A stretch of DNA of 21,235 nt from the NCBI GenBank assembly GCA_038741355.1, contig JAVYLC010000031.1, forward strand, positions 1 through 21,235, read 5' to 3'. Numbering within the stretch: position 1 is the first letter of the stretch; every line of letters begins with the position of its first letter. This document shows positions 9,028 to 16,031 of the stretch, piece after piece. The notes under the pieces are model-generated. The model was not told where the DNA came from. It was given only the letters and a program-made list of their open reading frames with translations, and did no database searches. The translations under genes were made by a program, and so were the position numbers. The stretch is from Nitrososphaerota archaeon. Its GTDB lineage: Archaea > Thermoproteota > Nitrososphaeria_A > Caldarchaeales > Calditenuaceae.

Positions 9028-9870
9028 TTATGCTGTTTTTCTTGTTATGTCTGTTTTTGTTAGTCTTACGAGTGTGATTGCTAGGAGTGCTGCGGTATAT
9101 AGTGTAATGTTTACGGCGAGGGTGGGGGTTCCTGCTGGCTGTGTAGCGCCGGCTAGTAGAGGGATTTGTAGGCCTTGTAGTCCGAGGCCTGACGAGACTA
9201 CTGTGGCGGTCATCCTTGAGGCGGCCCATGACGGCAGGTATTCGGCTATGGCTGTTAGGGATTGGTTGCTCGTGATTGCTCCGACGAATCCTAGGTAGGT
9301 CTCGGCGATCAGCGATGTGAAGTAGGCGGTGGCTGCTAAGATTGTGGCCAGCATGCTACGCCTCAATAGCTCTCCAGCGGCCAGTCCTATTGAGAGGAAG
9401 GTTAGGGCTGAGAAGGCTGAGGCGAGGGCTGCTGTGGGGAGGAGGTCGAGCCTGGCCTGGGGGCCGAAGATCCACCAGGAGAGGGCTAGGCTTAGGGTGG
9501 TGTAGGTCGCGACTATGGCCGTTGTGAAGGCTAGGCTTCCTAGGACTTTGCCTGCGAAGTATTCTGCGCGTGTTATGGGCTTGGTGAGCCAGAAGTCCGC
9601 TGTGCCCATCTCATACTCCTCCGAGAAGGCTGCTGCGCCGATGGTCAATGCGAGGATGTGTATCAGGATGGTTGAAGGGACTATTAACCCGATTATCCAG
9701 GCGTAGGGTTTGAAGGGCTGGATAAATGTGGTGGGGAGTAGTGTGAGTATGAGGTAGAGTGCAGCCTCGGCTAGGAATATGAGGGCGATTAGGAGGATTA
9801 TCCTCTTCCGTGCTATGGCCCTCCTCAGTTCGTATAGTGTGAGAGTAGAGAGCGCTTTAGGGCTTAGCAC
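9028..9870 (-). CDS. ABC-2 type transporter permease
   Basis: Multi-TM ORF with the ABC-2 hallmark FSEEYEMGTADFWLTKPITRAEYFAGK. I place the start at GTG 9870 (VLSPKAL...), with GGAGGTG 10 nt upstream. The 53 Arg/Trp/Ser-rich codons upstream in the track ORF lie antisense-frame inside the ATPase gene. The start overlaps the ATPase stop by 14 nt. Confidence 0.8.
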   Translation of the reverse strand: MLSPKALSTLTLYELRRAIARKRIILLIALIFLAEAALYLILTLLPTTFIQPFKPYAWIIGLIVPSTILIHILALTIGAAAFSEEYEMGTADFWLTKPITRAEYFAGKVLGSLAFTTAIVATYTTLSLALSWWIFGPQARLDLLPTAALASAFSALTFLSIGLAAGELLRRSMLATILAATAYFTSLIAETYLGFVGAITSNQSLTAIAEYLPSWAASRMTATVVSSGLGLQGLQIPLLAGATQPAGTPTLAVNITLYTAALLAITLVRLTKTDITRKTA

Positions 9871-10798
9871 CTTTCCGGACCACCTCCATGAAGAGGTCTT
9901 CCAGCGTCTTGTTGACGATGCGTAGGCCGACCAGCCCCGTACCAGATTTGACCAGCCCCTCCGCGAGCCTCTCCCGCCCATCCACCCCCTCCGCGAACTT
10001 GACTCGGAGTCTTGAGCCGTCAAGCTCAAGGCTCTGAACCCCTTCGATTCCCTTTATCAGGGAGTTTGGGACCAGGCTTGGTCGTAGGATCTCGGCCTCA
10101 ACAATCATACCCGATGTGTTTTGCGAGAGAAGCTCCTTCACCCAGCCCTCAACCATGACCCTGCCTTGGTATATCATTCCGACAATGTCGGCGACCCTCT
10201 CCAGCTCGTATAGCTCGTGGGAGGAGAAAAGTATTGTCTTGCCACTCCTCTTAAGATCTAGGAGTATCTCGCGGATCTGGACCCTCGCCGCAGGATCAAC
10301 GCCAAGCATCGGCTCGTCGAGTATGAGTATCTCTGGGTCGCCCATGACCGCTTGGGCCACTGCGAGTCTCTGCAGCATTCCTTTACTGTAGCCGCCCACG
10401 CTTCTATTGGCATGGGAGACTAGGCCGGAGAGGTCTAGGACCCTGGAGATTTCGCGGCGGAGCTCTTCGCCTGAGAGGCCCTTCAGCTTGCCGGTTATCT
10501 TGAGTATGTCTCTGGCGGTAAGGAATGGTGGGAATGATGGGAGTTCCTGCGAGTAGCCTGTGATCTGCATCAGCTCTTTGGCCTCGGATGTCGGGTCTAG
10601 GCCTGCGACCCTTATTGTGCCACTGGTGGGCCTCTGGAGGCCGAGCATGCACCTGATCGTGGTTGTTTTGCCAGAGCCGTTCGGTCCCACCAAGCCGTAG
10701 ATTACTCCGCGGGGCGTTTTGAGGGAGATAGGCCCCACAACTACTCCATCCCTATACCTTTTGACTAGCTCCTCGACCTCGATGAGCCAGTCAGACAA
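9857..10798 (-). CDS. ABC transporter ATP-binding protein (DrrA/CcmA-like, with C-terminal extension)
   Basis: Walker A GPNGSGKTT, Q-loop GYSQE, signature YSKGMLQR, Walker B ILILDEP, H-loop FSSHE. About 90-aa C-terminal extension. TTG start is preceded by GGGGTGGGGGGG. Confidence 0.9.
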   Translation of the reverse strand: MSDWLIEVEELVKRYRDGVVVGPISLKTPRGVIYGLVGPNGSGKTTTIRCMLGLQRPTSGTIRVAGLDPTSEAKELMQITGYSQELPSFPPFLTARDILKITGKLKGLSGEELRREISRVLDLSGLVSHANRSVGGYSKGMLQRLAVAQAVMGDPEILILDEPMLGVDPAARVQIREILLDLKRSGKTILFSSHELYELERVADIVGMIYQGRVMVEGWVKELLSQNTSGMIVEAEILRPSLVPNSLIKGIEGVQSLELDGSRLRVKFAEGVDGRERLAEGLVKSGTGLVGLRIVNKTLEDLFMEVVRKGAKP

Positions 10799-10816
10799 GC
10801 CGATACCCCCCCACCC

Positions 10817-11689
10817 CTAGACGTAGTGGGGCTTCCTCTCCAGACCCTCCACCTGCTCTGCCCTTCTCTGGTGCCTCAGTGAAAAAGCAGAAACAACCGC
10901 TAGCGCCACGAGACCAGCCACAACAACCACTAGAGCCCTCCCCCAGTAGTCATCCGCCGCTTGGGCGGCCTTTGCCTCTCTGCCTGTACCGTATAGTGGG
11001 GCCTGGAGTCCGAGACCATCGCTGGGTAGCGACAGCATCACGGGCGCAAGCCCCGCTATTGATGTAGATGAATAGCCTGTGGGATCCGCTAGGAGGTCCA
11101 AGTTAGTATCTAATAGGCTTGTGACGAGTCTGACTGAGCGGCCGCTGGAGCCTGTGGCCTCGCCTTCCGCACTGTAGAGTATGTTTGAGCCGTTAATCAA
11201 GGTTATGACGCCTGAAAACTCCATTCGCGTGCTCTGAACCTCACCTGTGGTTCGGTCTCTATGTGAAATTGTTGCGGCTCCCGTGATGCTGTAAATGTTC
11301 GCCAAGTAGGTCCGGCCACCGACTGAGACCTGGGCCGAGCCTATCCGCGTTGAGCTTACGGCGATGGAGTAGTTGGAGTTGCTGTATGTGAACTGGCCCT
11401 CGAAGAGGTGGGTCAGGCGGGGGATTATGAAGAATCTCTCAGGGACATTCTTCTCAAGAGTTGCGACTCCGTCGTTGAACGTCGCCTCCAGTCTAAGCCT
11501 GATTGTACCGTTTCCATAATCTCTGACAACTTCTTCGCGTATAACACCCCTCACAGACCTGTCACCATAGTCGACTGAGTAGCTGTAGGCGATGTAGGCA
11601 CCCTCACCTACCGAAGATGCGAAGACAAGGCCCGGGGCTAGGCTGAGTAGGAGAAGCACACCTAAAAGGGCTAGTGAAGCCCTGCCCAT
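10817..11689 (-). CDS. Secreted, C-terminally membrane-anchored protein of unknown function (first gene of the ABC operon)
   Basis: From ATG 11689 the product begins MGRASLALLGVLLLLSLAPGLVFA/SS, a signal-peptide-like sequence. It ends with the hydrophobic helix ALVVVVAGLVALAVVSAFSL followed by RHQRR. The body is rich in Ser/Thr/Gly/Val and has three N-x-S/T sequons (NGT, NYS, NGS). I recognise no family. Confidence 0.7.
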   Translation of the reverse strand: MGRASLALLGVLLLLSLAPGLVFASSVGEGAYIAYSYSVDYGDRSVRGVIREEVVRDYGNGTIRLRLEATFNDGVATLEKNVPERFFIIPRLTHLFEGQFTYSNSNYSIAVSSTRIGSAQVSVGGRTYLANIYSITGAATISHRDRTTGEVQSTRMEFSGVITLINGSNILYSAEGEATGSSGRSVRLVTSLLDTNLDLLADPTGYSSTSIAGLAPVMLSLPSDGLGLQAPLYGTGREAKAAQAADDYWGRALVVVVAGLVALAVVSAFSLRHQRRAEQVEGLERKPHYV

Positions 11690-11710
11690 ACAACTAGTAA
11701 ACACCTCGAC

Positions 11711-11718
11711 ATTATTAA
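11711..11718 (-). promoter_or_regulatory. TATA-like box for the secreted-protein/ABC operon
   Basis: The minus strand reads TTAATAAT, centred about 25 nt upstream of ATG 11689. This supports the internal Met as the start. Confidence 0.4.
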
Positions 11719-11779
11719 GTCTTAACCATATACAATGCGCTACCATCAAAGAAGTACAGCGGAAGTCAAGACATCCAAC

Positions 11780-12643
11780 TCAGGGGTGGCCTTGAAAGAC
11801 CACACCCTCTCCCCGCTCTATAATCTCTACATGGACTTCAGACGAGCCTCGTCTCTCTAGCCCGAGTTTCTTCTTGATGGTTTTTAGGAGGCTGCGGTCG
11901 ATCTCGTAGCCTATGCTGTTTCTCCCGAGGCTCATGGCTACCTTCGACGTGGTGCCTGTGCCGAGGAATGGGTCTAAGACCGTGTCCCCTATTATGGAGA
12001 ACATCCTGATGAGCTTGTAGGGGATAGACTCGGGGAAGGCAGCGGCCCTCCTCTCAACACCCCTGAAACTCTGCCTCGCCCCGGCATCTGTCCATATCTG
12101 GGTGAACCAGCTGTCCCGCTCCTGCTTCGTGAACCTGCTCGCATACCTCAGGCTGTCTCCGGGGTTAAATCTCCTCAGCCCGCCCTTCCTGAATATGAGT
12201 ATGAACTCGCAGTCGAGCGTGACGTATGCGTTGGGTGGGAGAAAGCCTGAGCCCAAGAATACTCCCTTCCCCTTATATTTGGGCTTCGTGGTCGGCTTCT
12301 TCCAGAGGATGTAGGGCAGCGTCTTGAAGCCTATCCTCTCGCAGTGCTCAATCACCCTCGCGTGGTTTGGGTATATCTTAAACTCGCCATCAATAGTCCT
12401 AGCAGCATCGCCGATGTTTATGCAAGCTATCCCACCGTTTACTAGGACGCGGTAACACTCCCTCCACACCCCCGCAAGATACTCATGCATCTCATCATAA
12501 CTCCTACACCCAACTCTACTGAAAAATGAATCCCATATCTCGATCATGGGATATGGAGGCGAAGTGACGACTAGGTGGACACTCTCGTCTCCTACCTCAC
12601 GCATACTCCTACTGTCCCCGATTACTATCCTATGCCAGGTCAT
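11780..12643 (-). CDS. DNA methyltransferase, N4/N6 family (beta-class order; SPPY motif suggests N4-cytosine)
   Basis: Motif IV is VVTSPPYP near the N-terminus and motif I is LDPFLGTGTTSKVA near the C-terminus (PF01555-like layout). ATG start is preceded by AGGAGGGTGGG. Confidence 0.85.
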   Translation of the reverse strand: MTWHRIVIGDSRSMREVGDESVHLVVTSPPYPMIEIWDSFFSRVGCRSYDEMHEYLAGVWRECYRVLVNGGIACINIGDAARTIDGEFKIYPNHARVIEHCERIGFKTLPYILWKKPTTKPKYKGKGVFLGSGFLPPNAYVTLDCEFILIFRKGGLRRFNPGDSLRYASRFTKQERDSWFTQIWTDAGARQSFRGVERRAAAFPESIPYKLIRMFSIIGDTVLDPFLGTGTTSKVAMSLGRNSIGYEIDRSLLKTIKKKLGLERRGSSEVHVEIIERGEGVVFQGHP

Positions 12644-12953
12644 CCCACCCTCCTGTCATACATTGATGTTCAACATTGAAATATATGGGTTGGCCGGGCG
12701 GTGGACGTATAGTTTTTAGCAACTCCTATATTATCGCCCATCGATTCGCGAATTTTTTAATACGGTTTACCTACTGGTGCTCTGATAGGCGGATAGTTTC
12801 GCGGCTAATCACCGCTAGCCTATCAACGTGGTAGAGGAATTCTGTGTGATCGGCCATTTTACTAGATTTTTCCTAACTTATATCAACCCTAATTAGACAT
12901 GTAGCTTACTCATAAATGGTGTGAAAGGCATTTTTGTGTTGCTGTGCCAGACA

Positions 12954-12959
12954 TTTATA
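12954..12959 (+). promoter_or_regulatory. TATA-like box for the DUF1326 gene
   Basis: TTTATA centred about 32 nt upstream of ATG 12989. Confidence 0.4.
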
Positions 12960-12988
12960 CTACTCAGCGATACCACTGAAGAAATAAA

Positions 12989-13609
12989 ATGCCTGAAAAA
13001 TGGAGTTATACAGGAGATTGGATAACATCCTGCAACTGCGACTGGGGTTGTCCATGCAACTTCAACGCCATGCCGACAAAGGGTCACTGCGAGGGCGTAG
13101 TGTCCTTAAAAATCAGGGAGGGTAATTATGGTAAGACGAGCCTAAACGGAGTCAATGTCGCAATTGCTGTCTGGTGGCCAGGTGCGATCCATCAAGGCAA
13201 CGGTGTGGCACAGATCTATATCGATGATAAGGCGTCGAAGGATCAAGAGAAAGCAATTCTAGAGATTTTATCCGGCAATGCAGGTGGAAAACCGTGGTCG
13301 ATTCTGGCAAAGACCTTTACCACTCTACTACCGCCTAAGCGCGCCCCGATCCAGATGGAGGTTAGTGGGAAGGACAGTGTGTTGAAGGTGGGCAACCATG
13401 TCGATGTACTAGCCGAGCCGATGCGCAACCCAGTAACCAAAGATGAGGCTTATGCTGATGTAGTGATTCACACATACTTAATCTTCAATAAGGGCTCGCT
13501 ATTCTCTAATAAGATACACACAGTTAAAGAGACCGCGCACCCGAAGCTCAACTTCTCTCACCCAGGACAATACCTCGCAGTTGCAGAAGTGCGGCACCAA
13601 GGACCATAA
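12989..13609 (+). CDS. DUF1326-family protein (Cys-rich N-terminus)
   Basis: 206-codon ORF. The N-terminal SCNCDWGCPCNFNAMPTKGHCEG, then WWPGAIHQGNG and YIDDKAS, match my recollection of DUF1326. TTTATA box at 12954-12959. Confidence 0.75.
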   Translation: MPEKWSYTGDWITSCNCDWGCPCNFNAMPTKGHCEGVVSLKIREGNYGKTSLNGVNVAIAVWWPGAIHQGNGVAQIYIDDKASKDQEKAILEILSGNAGGKPWSILAKTFTTLLPPKRAPIQMEVSGKDSVLKVGNHVDVLAEPMRNPVTKDEAYADVVIHTYLIFNKGSLFSNKIHTVKETAHPKLNFSHPGQYLAVAEVRHQGP

Positions 13610-13699
13610 GACTAGCCATATTCCTCTCCTTTTTAACGCCTCGTGAGAGGTAGCTTAACACTTCTTTGTCCACTCTGGTTGGTGCAATATTGTCTTACC

Positions 13700-14494
13700 T
13701 TAACCTAGGCCTAGGGCGCGCATTCCCCATTCAGGGAAAAAGATGAGGGAAGCGCCCAGGGCGATGAATAAGGCCCCAATTATATACGAGGCCATTAACC
13801 CGTGAGGCAGTGTCTTCTCTGCGAAGATGATGAGGGTGAGCAGGGCCATCCAAGGAAGCGAGGCTACGCCGACCGCGAATAAAACCAAGAATAGGGCCCA
13901 ACAGCAGCCAATGCAGTAGGCCGCGTGGTAGAGTCCGAGGTATGCTGCTCCGGACACCCCAGCTCGCCACCGAAGGAATAGAAAAAACGGTGAATGACAG
14001 GCTGTTAGACAGACATTCTTAAGAGGTGTACACTGATAGACCCCCGCCACAATCAAGGCACCACCTGCTACGATCGGCTGCAAGGTTCCGATGTTGACGA
14101 CACCCGATAGAAGAAGATAGAGTTCTCCCGCACCGAGACCGAATAGCGTCCAGACTACTAGATACGAGCTGAGGAACATGCCGGCCTGTGCTGAAATCCA
14201 TTTACTCCCCCTAGCTTTCTCGACACTCAAGTTCACGTAGGCCCGGGCCATAGGCGTAGCGGCTGGAAGCATCATGGCGACCATCATGACCGCCCAACTC
14301 AGCAAGAAGAAGCCAAAACTCTCAGGGCCATTCATTGTCGCTATCATGGGAGACTTCATGTGAAGGTCAGAAAACAAAAGGGCAGCCCATGCAACCCCAG
14401 CAATAGCCGCCATCACCCCTAAGAGTATTATCACAAAACGCCCACCATGACCCCAGAAGACAGAGGCCGTAGAACCTGACAAAAAATAACTCAT
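13700..14494 (-). CDS. DUF2182-family integral membrane protein (predicted metal-binding)
   Basis: Polytopic membrane ORF with the conserved-looking HAAYCIGCCWALF motif plus CTPLKNVCLTACHSPF. ATG 14494 (MSYFLSG) is preferred over the track TTG 14500 because a TTTAAATT box is centred about 26 nt upstream of 14494. Confidence 0.7.
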   Translation of the reverse strand: MSYFLSGSTASVFWGHGGRFVIILLGVMAAIAGVAWAALLFSDLHMKSPMIATMNGPESFGFFLLSWAVMMVAMMLPAATPMARAYVNLSVEKARGSKWISAQAGMFLSSYLVVWTLFGLGAGELYLLLSGVVNIGTLQPIVAGGALIVAGVYQCTPLKNVCLTACHSPFFLFLRWRAGVSGAAYLGLYHAAYCIGCCWALFLVLFAVGVASLPWMALLTLIIFAEKTLPHGLMASYIIGALFIALGASLIFFPEWGMRALGLG

Positions 14495-14516
14495 GACCAA
14501 CCCCTAAGCTTCCTGT

Positions 14517-14524
14517 TAATTTAA
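14517..14524 (-). promoter_or_regulatory. TATA-like box for the DUF2182 gene
   Basis: The minus strand reads TTTAAATT, centred about 26 nt upstream of ATG 14494. This geometry implies a leaderless transcript. Confidence 0.4.
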
Positions 14525-14547
14525 AGCTTTTCAGATTCGTTTCGGGG

Positions 14548-14614
14548 ACTGTCAACTTAAGGTCTAAGGTATCAGAGAAGTGGGTAAGGTCATGAGTGAC
14601 CTTAAGTTGACAGT
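14548..14614. repeat. Perfect 17-bp inverted repeat (ACTGTCAACTTAAGGTC / GACCTTAAGTTGACAGT) with a 33-nt spacer
   Basis: Read directly: arms at 14548-14564 and 14598-14614. The spacer contains two further TAAGGT copies. It lies 24-90 nt upstream of the putative DUF2182 TATA box. Confidence 0.9.
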
Positions 14615-14757
14615 TTCTCACAATCGAGAGAAAGAGGCAGAGACTGGAGAACTACTTCACAAGCATTGGGACGGCTAAAACCCCCAGCCAACCTCTATCA
14701 TCTATCTCCAACAATGTTATCATACGCAGACCACCACACGATAATAATATAGAAGTT

Positions 14758-14829
14758 TGGACCGGGCGGGATTCGAACCCGCAACCTCCCGCACGCCAAG
14801 CGGGCGATCTGCCATTGATCTACCGGCCC
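14758..14829 (-). tRNA. tRNA-Ala (anticodon GGC)
   Basis: Hand-folded cloverleaf, 72 nt: acceptor GGGCCGG/CCGGTCC with G3:U70 (the Ala identity pair), D arm GATC-AATGGCA-GATC, anticodon arm CCCGC-TTGGCGT-GCGGG (anticodon at 14795-14797), variable loop AGGTT, T arm GCGGG-TTCGAAT-CCCGC, discriminator A. No intron and no encoded CCA. Confidence 0.93.
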
Positions 14830-14851
14830 GTATCCTGGTTTTGTCCTGGTG

Positions 14852-14859
14852 AAATTTAA
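14852..14859 (-). promoter_or_regulatory. TATA-like box for tRNA-Ala
   Basis: The minus strand reads TTAAATTT, centred about 26-27 nt upstream of tRNA position 1 (14829). It overlaps the aldolase stop codon (14856-14858). Confidence 0.45.
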
Positions 14860-15653
14860 GCCTGTCTGGTTTTTCTGGCTTCTATTTCTCTCCGAGCGGT
14901 TTTTACGATCTCTGAGGTGGCTCTGTATAGTATCGCCACGTCTACTGAGTAGGCTAGGTATTGTATTCCTTTCGCGGCCCACTCTGCCGCGGCTTGTGCT
15001 GTCTCGATGAATGTGCCGGCCGCGACGCCTCTCTTCTTGGCCTCTGCTACTGCCTTCTCGATGAGGTTGGTGACTTCTGGGCTTCTTACCTGGCCTGGTA
15101 TGCCGAGGGATTGGGATAGGTCGTAGGGCCCTAGGAAGACCACATCTACTCCGCCCTTCTCCAGTATTTCTGGGAGCCTCTTGACGCCTCCGGCGCTCTC
15201 TATGTGTATGATAACTGTCACGTCTTTGTTGGAGGTCTGGACGTGCTCTTTAGGCTCTCTGGCTCCGTATCTCCCAGCCCTGGTGTAGGGTGAGAACCCC
15301 CTCATCCCCTCTGGGTAATAGTGTGCGGCCTCGACAACCACTCTAGCGGTCTCGGGGTCATCCACATGCGGCACCTGGATGCCGTTAGCCCCACATTCTA
15401 GGGCCCTCAGAATATATGTCTCCTCACTCGAAGGCGTCCGGATGATGGGTGTGAGTCCGACGGCCTCGGCTGCTCTGACAAGCTCCTCGGCATCGGCGAA
15501 GCTGAATGGGCCGTGCTCCATGTCGATGATGACGAAGTCCAGCCCAGCCTCTCCGAGAATCTCCACAACGTCTCCAGAGTTGAGGTAGACGAAGGTCCCT
15601 AGCACTGTCTCGCCGGCCCTGAGGCGCTCTAAGAATCCCACACTCGAGCCCAT
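14856..15653 (-). CDS. HpcH/HpaI-family aldolase (2-keto-3-deoxy-sugar-acid aldolase-like)
   Basis: Motifs FVIIDMEHGP, IIRTP, GANGIQVPHV, IIHIES and VVFLGPYDLSQSLG are typical of the family. ATG 15653 (MGSSVGFLERL) is preferred over the track TTG 15674. Confidence 0.85.
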   Translation of the reverse strand: MGSSVGFLERLRAGETVLGTFVYLNSGDVVEILGEAGLDFVIIDMEHGPFSFADAEELVRAAEAVGLTPIIRTPSSEETYILRALECGANGIQVPHVDDPETARVVVEAAHYYPEGMRGFSPYTRAGRYGAREPKEHVQTSNKDVTVIIHIESAGGVKRLPEILEKGGVDVVFLGPYDLSQSLGIPGQVRSPEVTNLIEKAVAEAKKRGVAAGTFIETAQAAAEWAAKGIQYLAYSVDVAILYRATSEIVKTARREIEARKTRQA

Positions 15654-16031
15654 TCCCAGACTCTCAAAACCCAACAGGGCTAGGACAACAAATTAACCGT
15701 TTTGGTTTGGGATTAACTTGCTTCAAGTCGAGACACCGCGTCCACTACATTCCCAAAGCTTCATCCCAGACAACCTGCTCGCCGACTTCCAGCTTAACAT
15801 CAGCTCAAAAACCCTAAGATTTCTCTTACTCCACTGCAAGTTGGGTCCGCCGACTGTATGGTATTAAGTCTAGCTGAAGCGAAGGAACATACTCAGCCGG
15901 TGCGGACAGGTCAGGGGGTCACAGCTGATGTTATGGTAGCGTAAATCTGGCCAGCCTTGAAGATTTGATTGCCAGTTATCCATCCAGGCTAGCGTGTTAT
16001 TCTAGAATCGAGACCTATTGTTTGGAGTTTT

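Noticed and set aside
8921-9706. ORFs 8921-9298(+), 9005-9229(-), 9342-9527(+) and 9515-9706(+), all overlapping the ABC-2 permease
   Set aside because: They are shadow ORFs in a GC-rich membrane-protein gene, with low-complexity products and no start-site signals.
9871-10029. 53-codon N-terminal extension of the permease ORF in the track
   Set aside because: It lies entirely inside the ATPase gene in another frame and encodes an Arg/Trp/Ser-rich peptide. GTG 9870, preceded by GGAGGTG, gives a normal permease N-terminus.
11690-11749. 20-codon extension upstream of the signal peptide (MMVAHCIWLRLNNVEVFTSC)
   Set aside because: The TATA-like box (11711-11718) lies inside it, and the signal-peptide Met at 11689 is at leaderless distance from that box.
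12644-12988. Search for a restriction endonuclease or small controller gene next to the methyltransferase
   Set aside because: There is no ORF of 60 codons or more in the spacer. ORF 12893-13087(-) overlaps the DUF1326 start antisense and looks spurious.
13623-13650. CCTCTC...GAGAGG hairpin with a T5 tract between the convergent DUF1326 and DUF2182 genes, as a bidirectional terminator
   Set aside because: The stem is only 6 bp with a 16-nt loop. Archaeal termination relies mainly on oligo-T, and the evidence is too weak to list this as a feature.
14367-14621. 84-codon minus-strand ORF covering the palindrome and the DUF2182 start
   Set aside because: It is in an alternative frame over the promoter and palindrome region, with no coding features. 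The palindrome itself explains why the frame stays open.
14698-14982. 94-codon minus-strand ORF
   Set aside because: It reads straight through the tRNA-Ala gene and the aldolase 3' end, so it is spurious.
15675-16031. Continuation of the truncated epimerase, or a target-site duplication, immediately beyond IS copy A
   Set aside because: Translating the minus strand in all frames gave no PRIVYHLAA-like continuation. The 8-nt flanks of the IS copies do not match, so a simple insertion is not supported.
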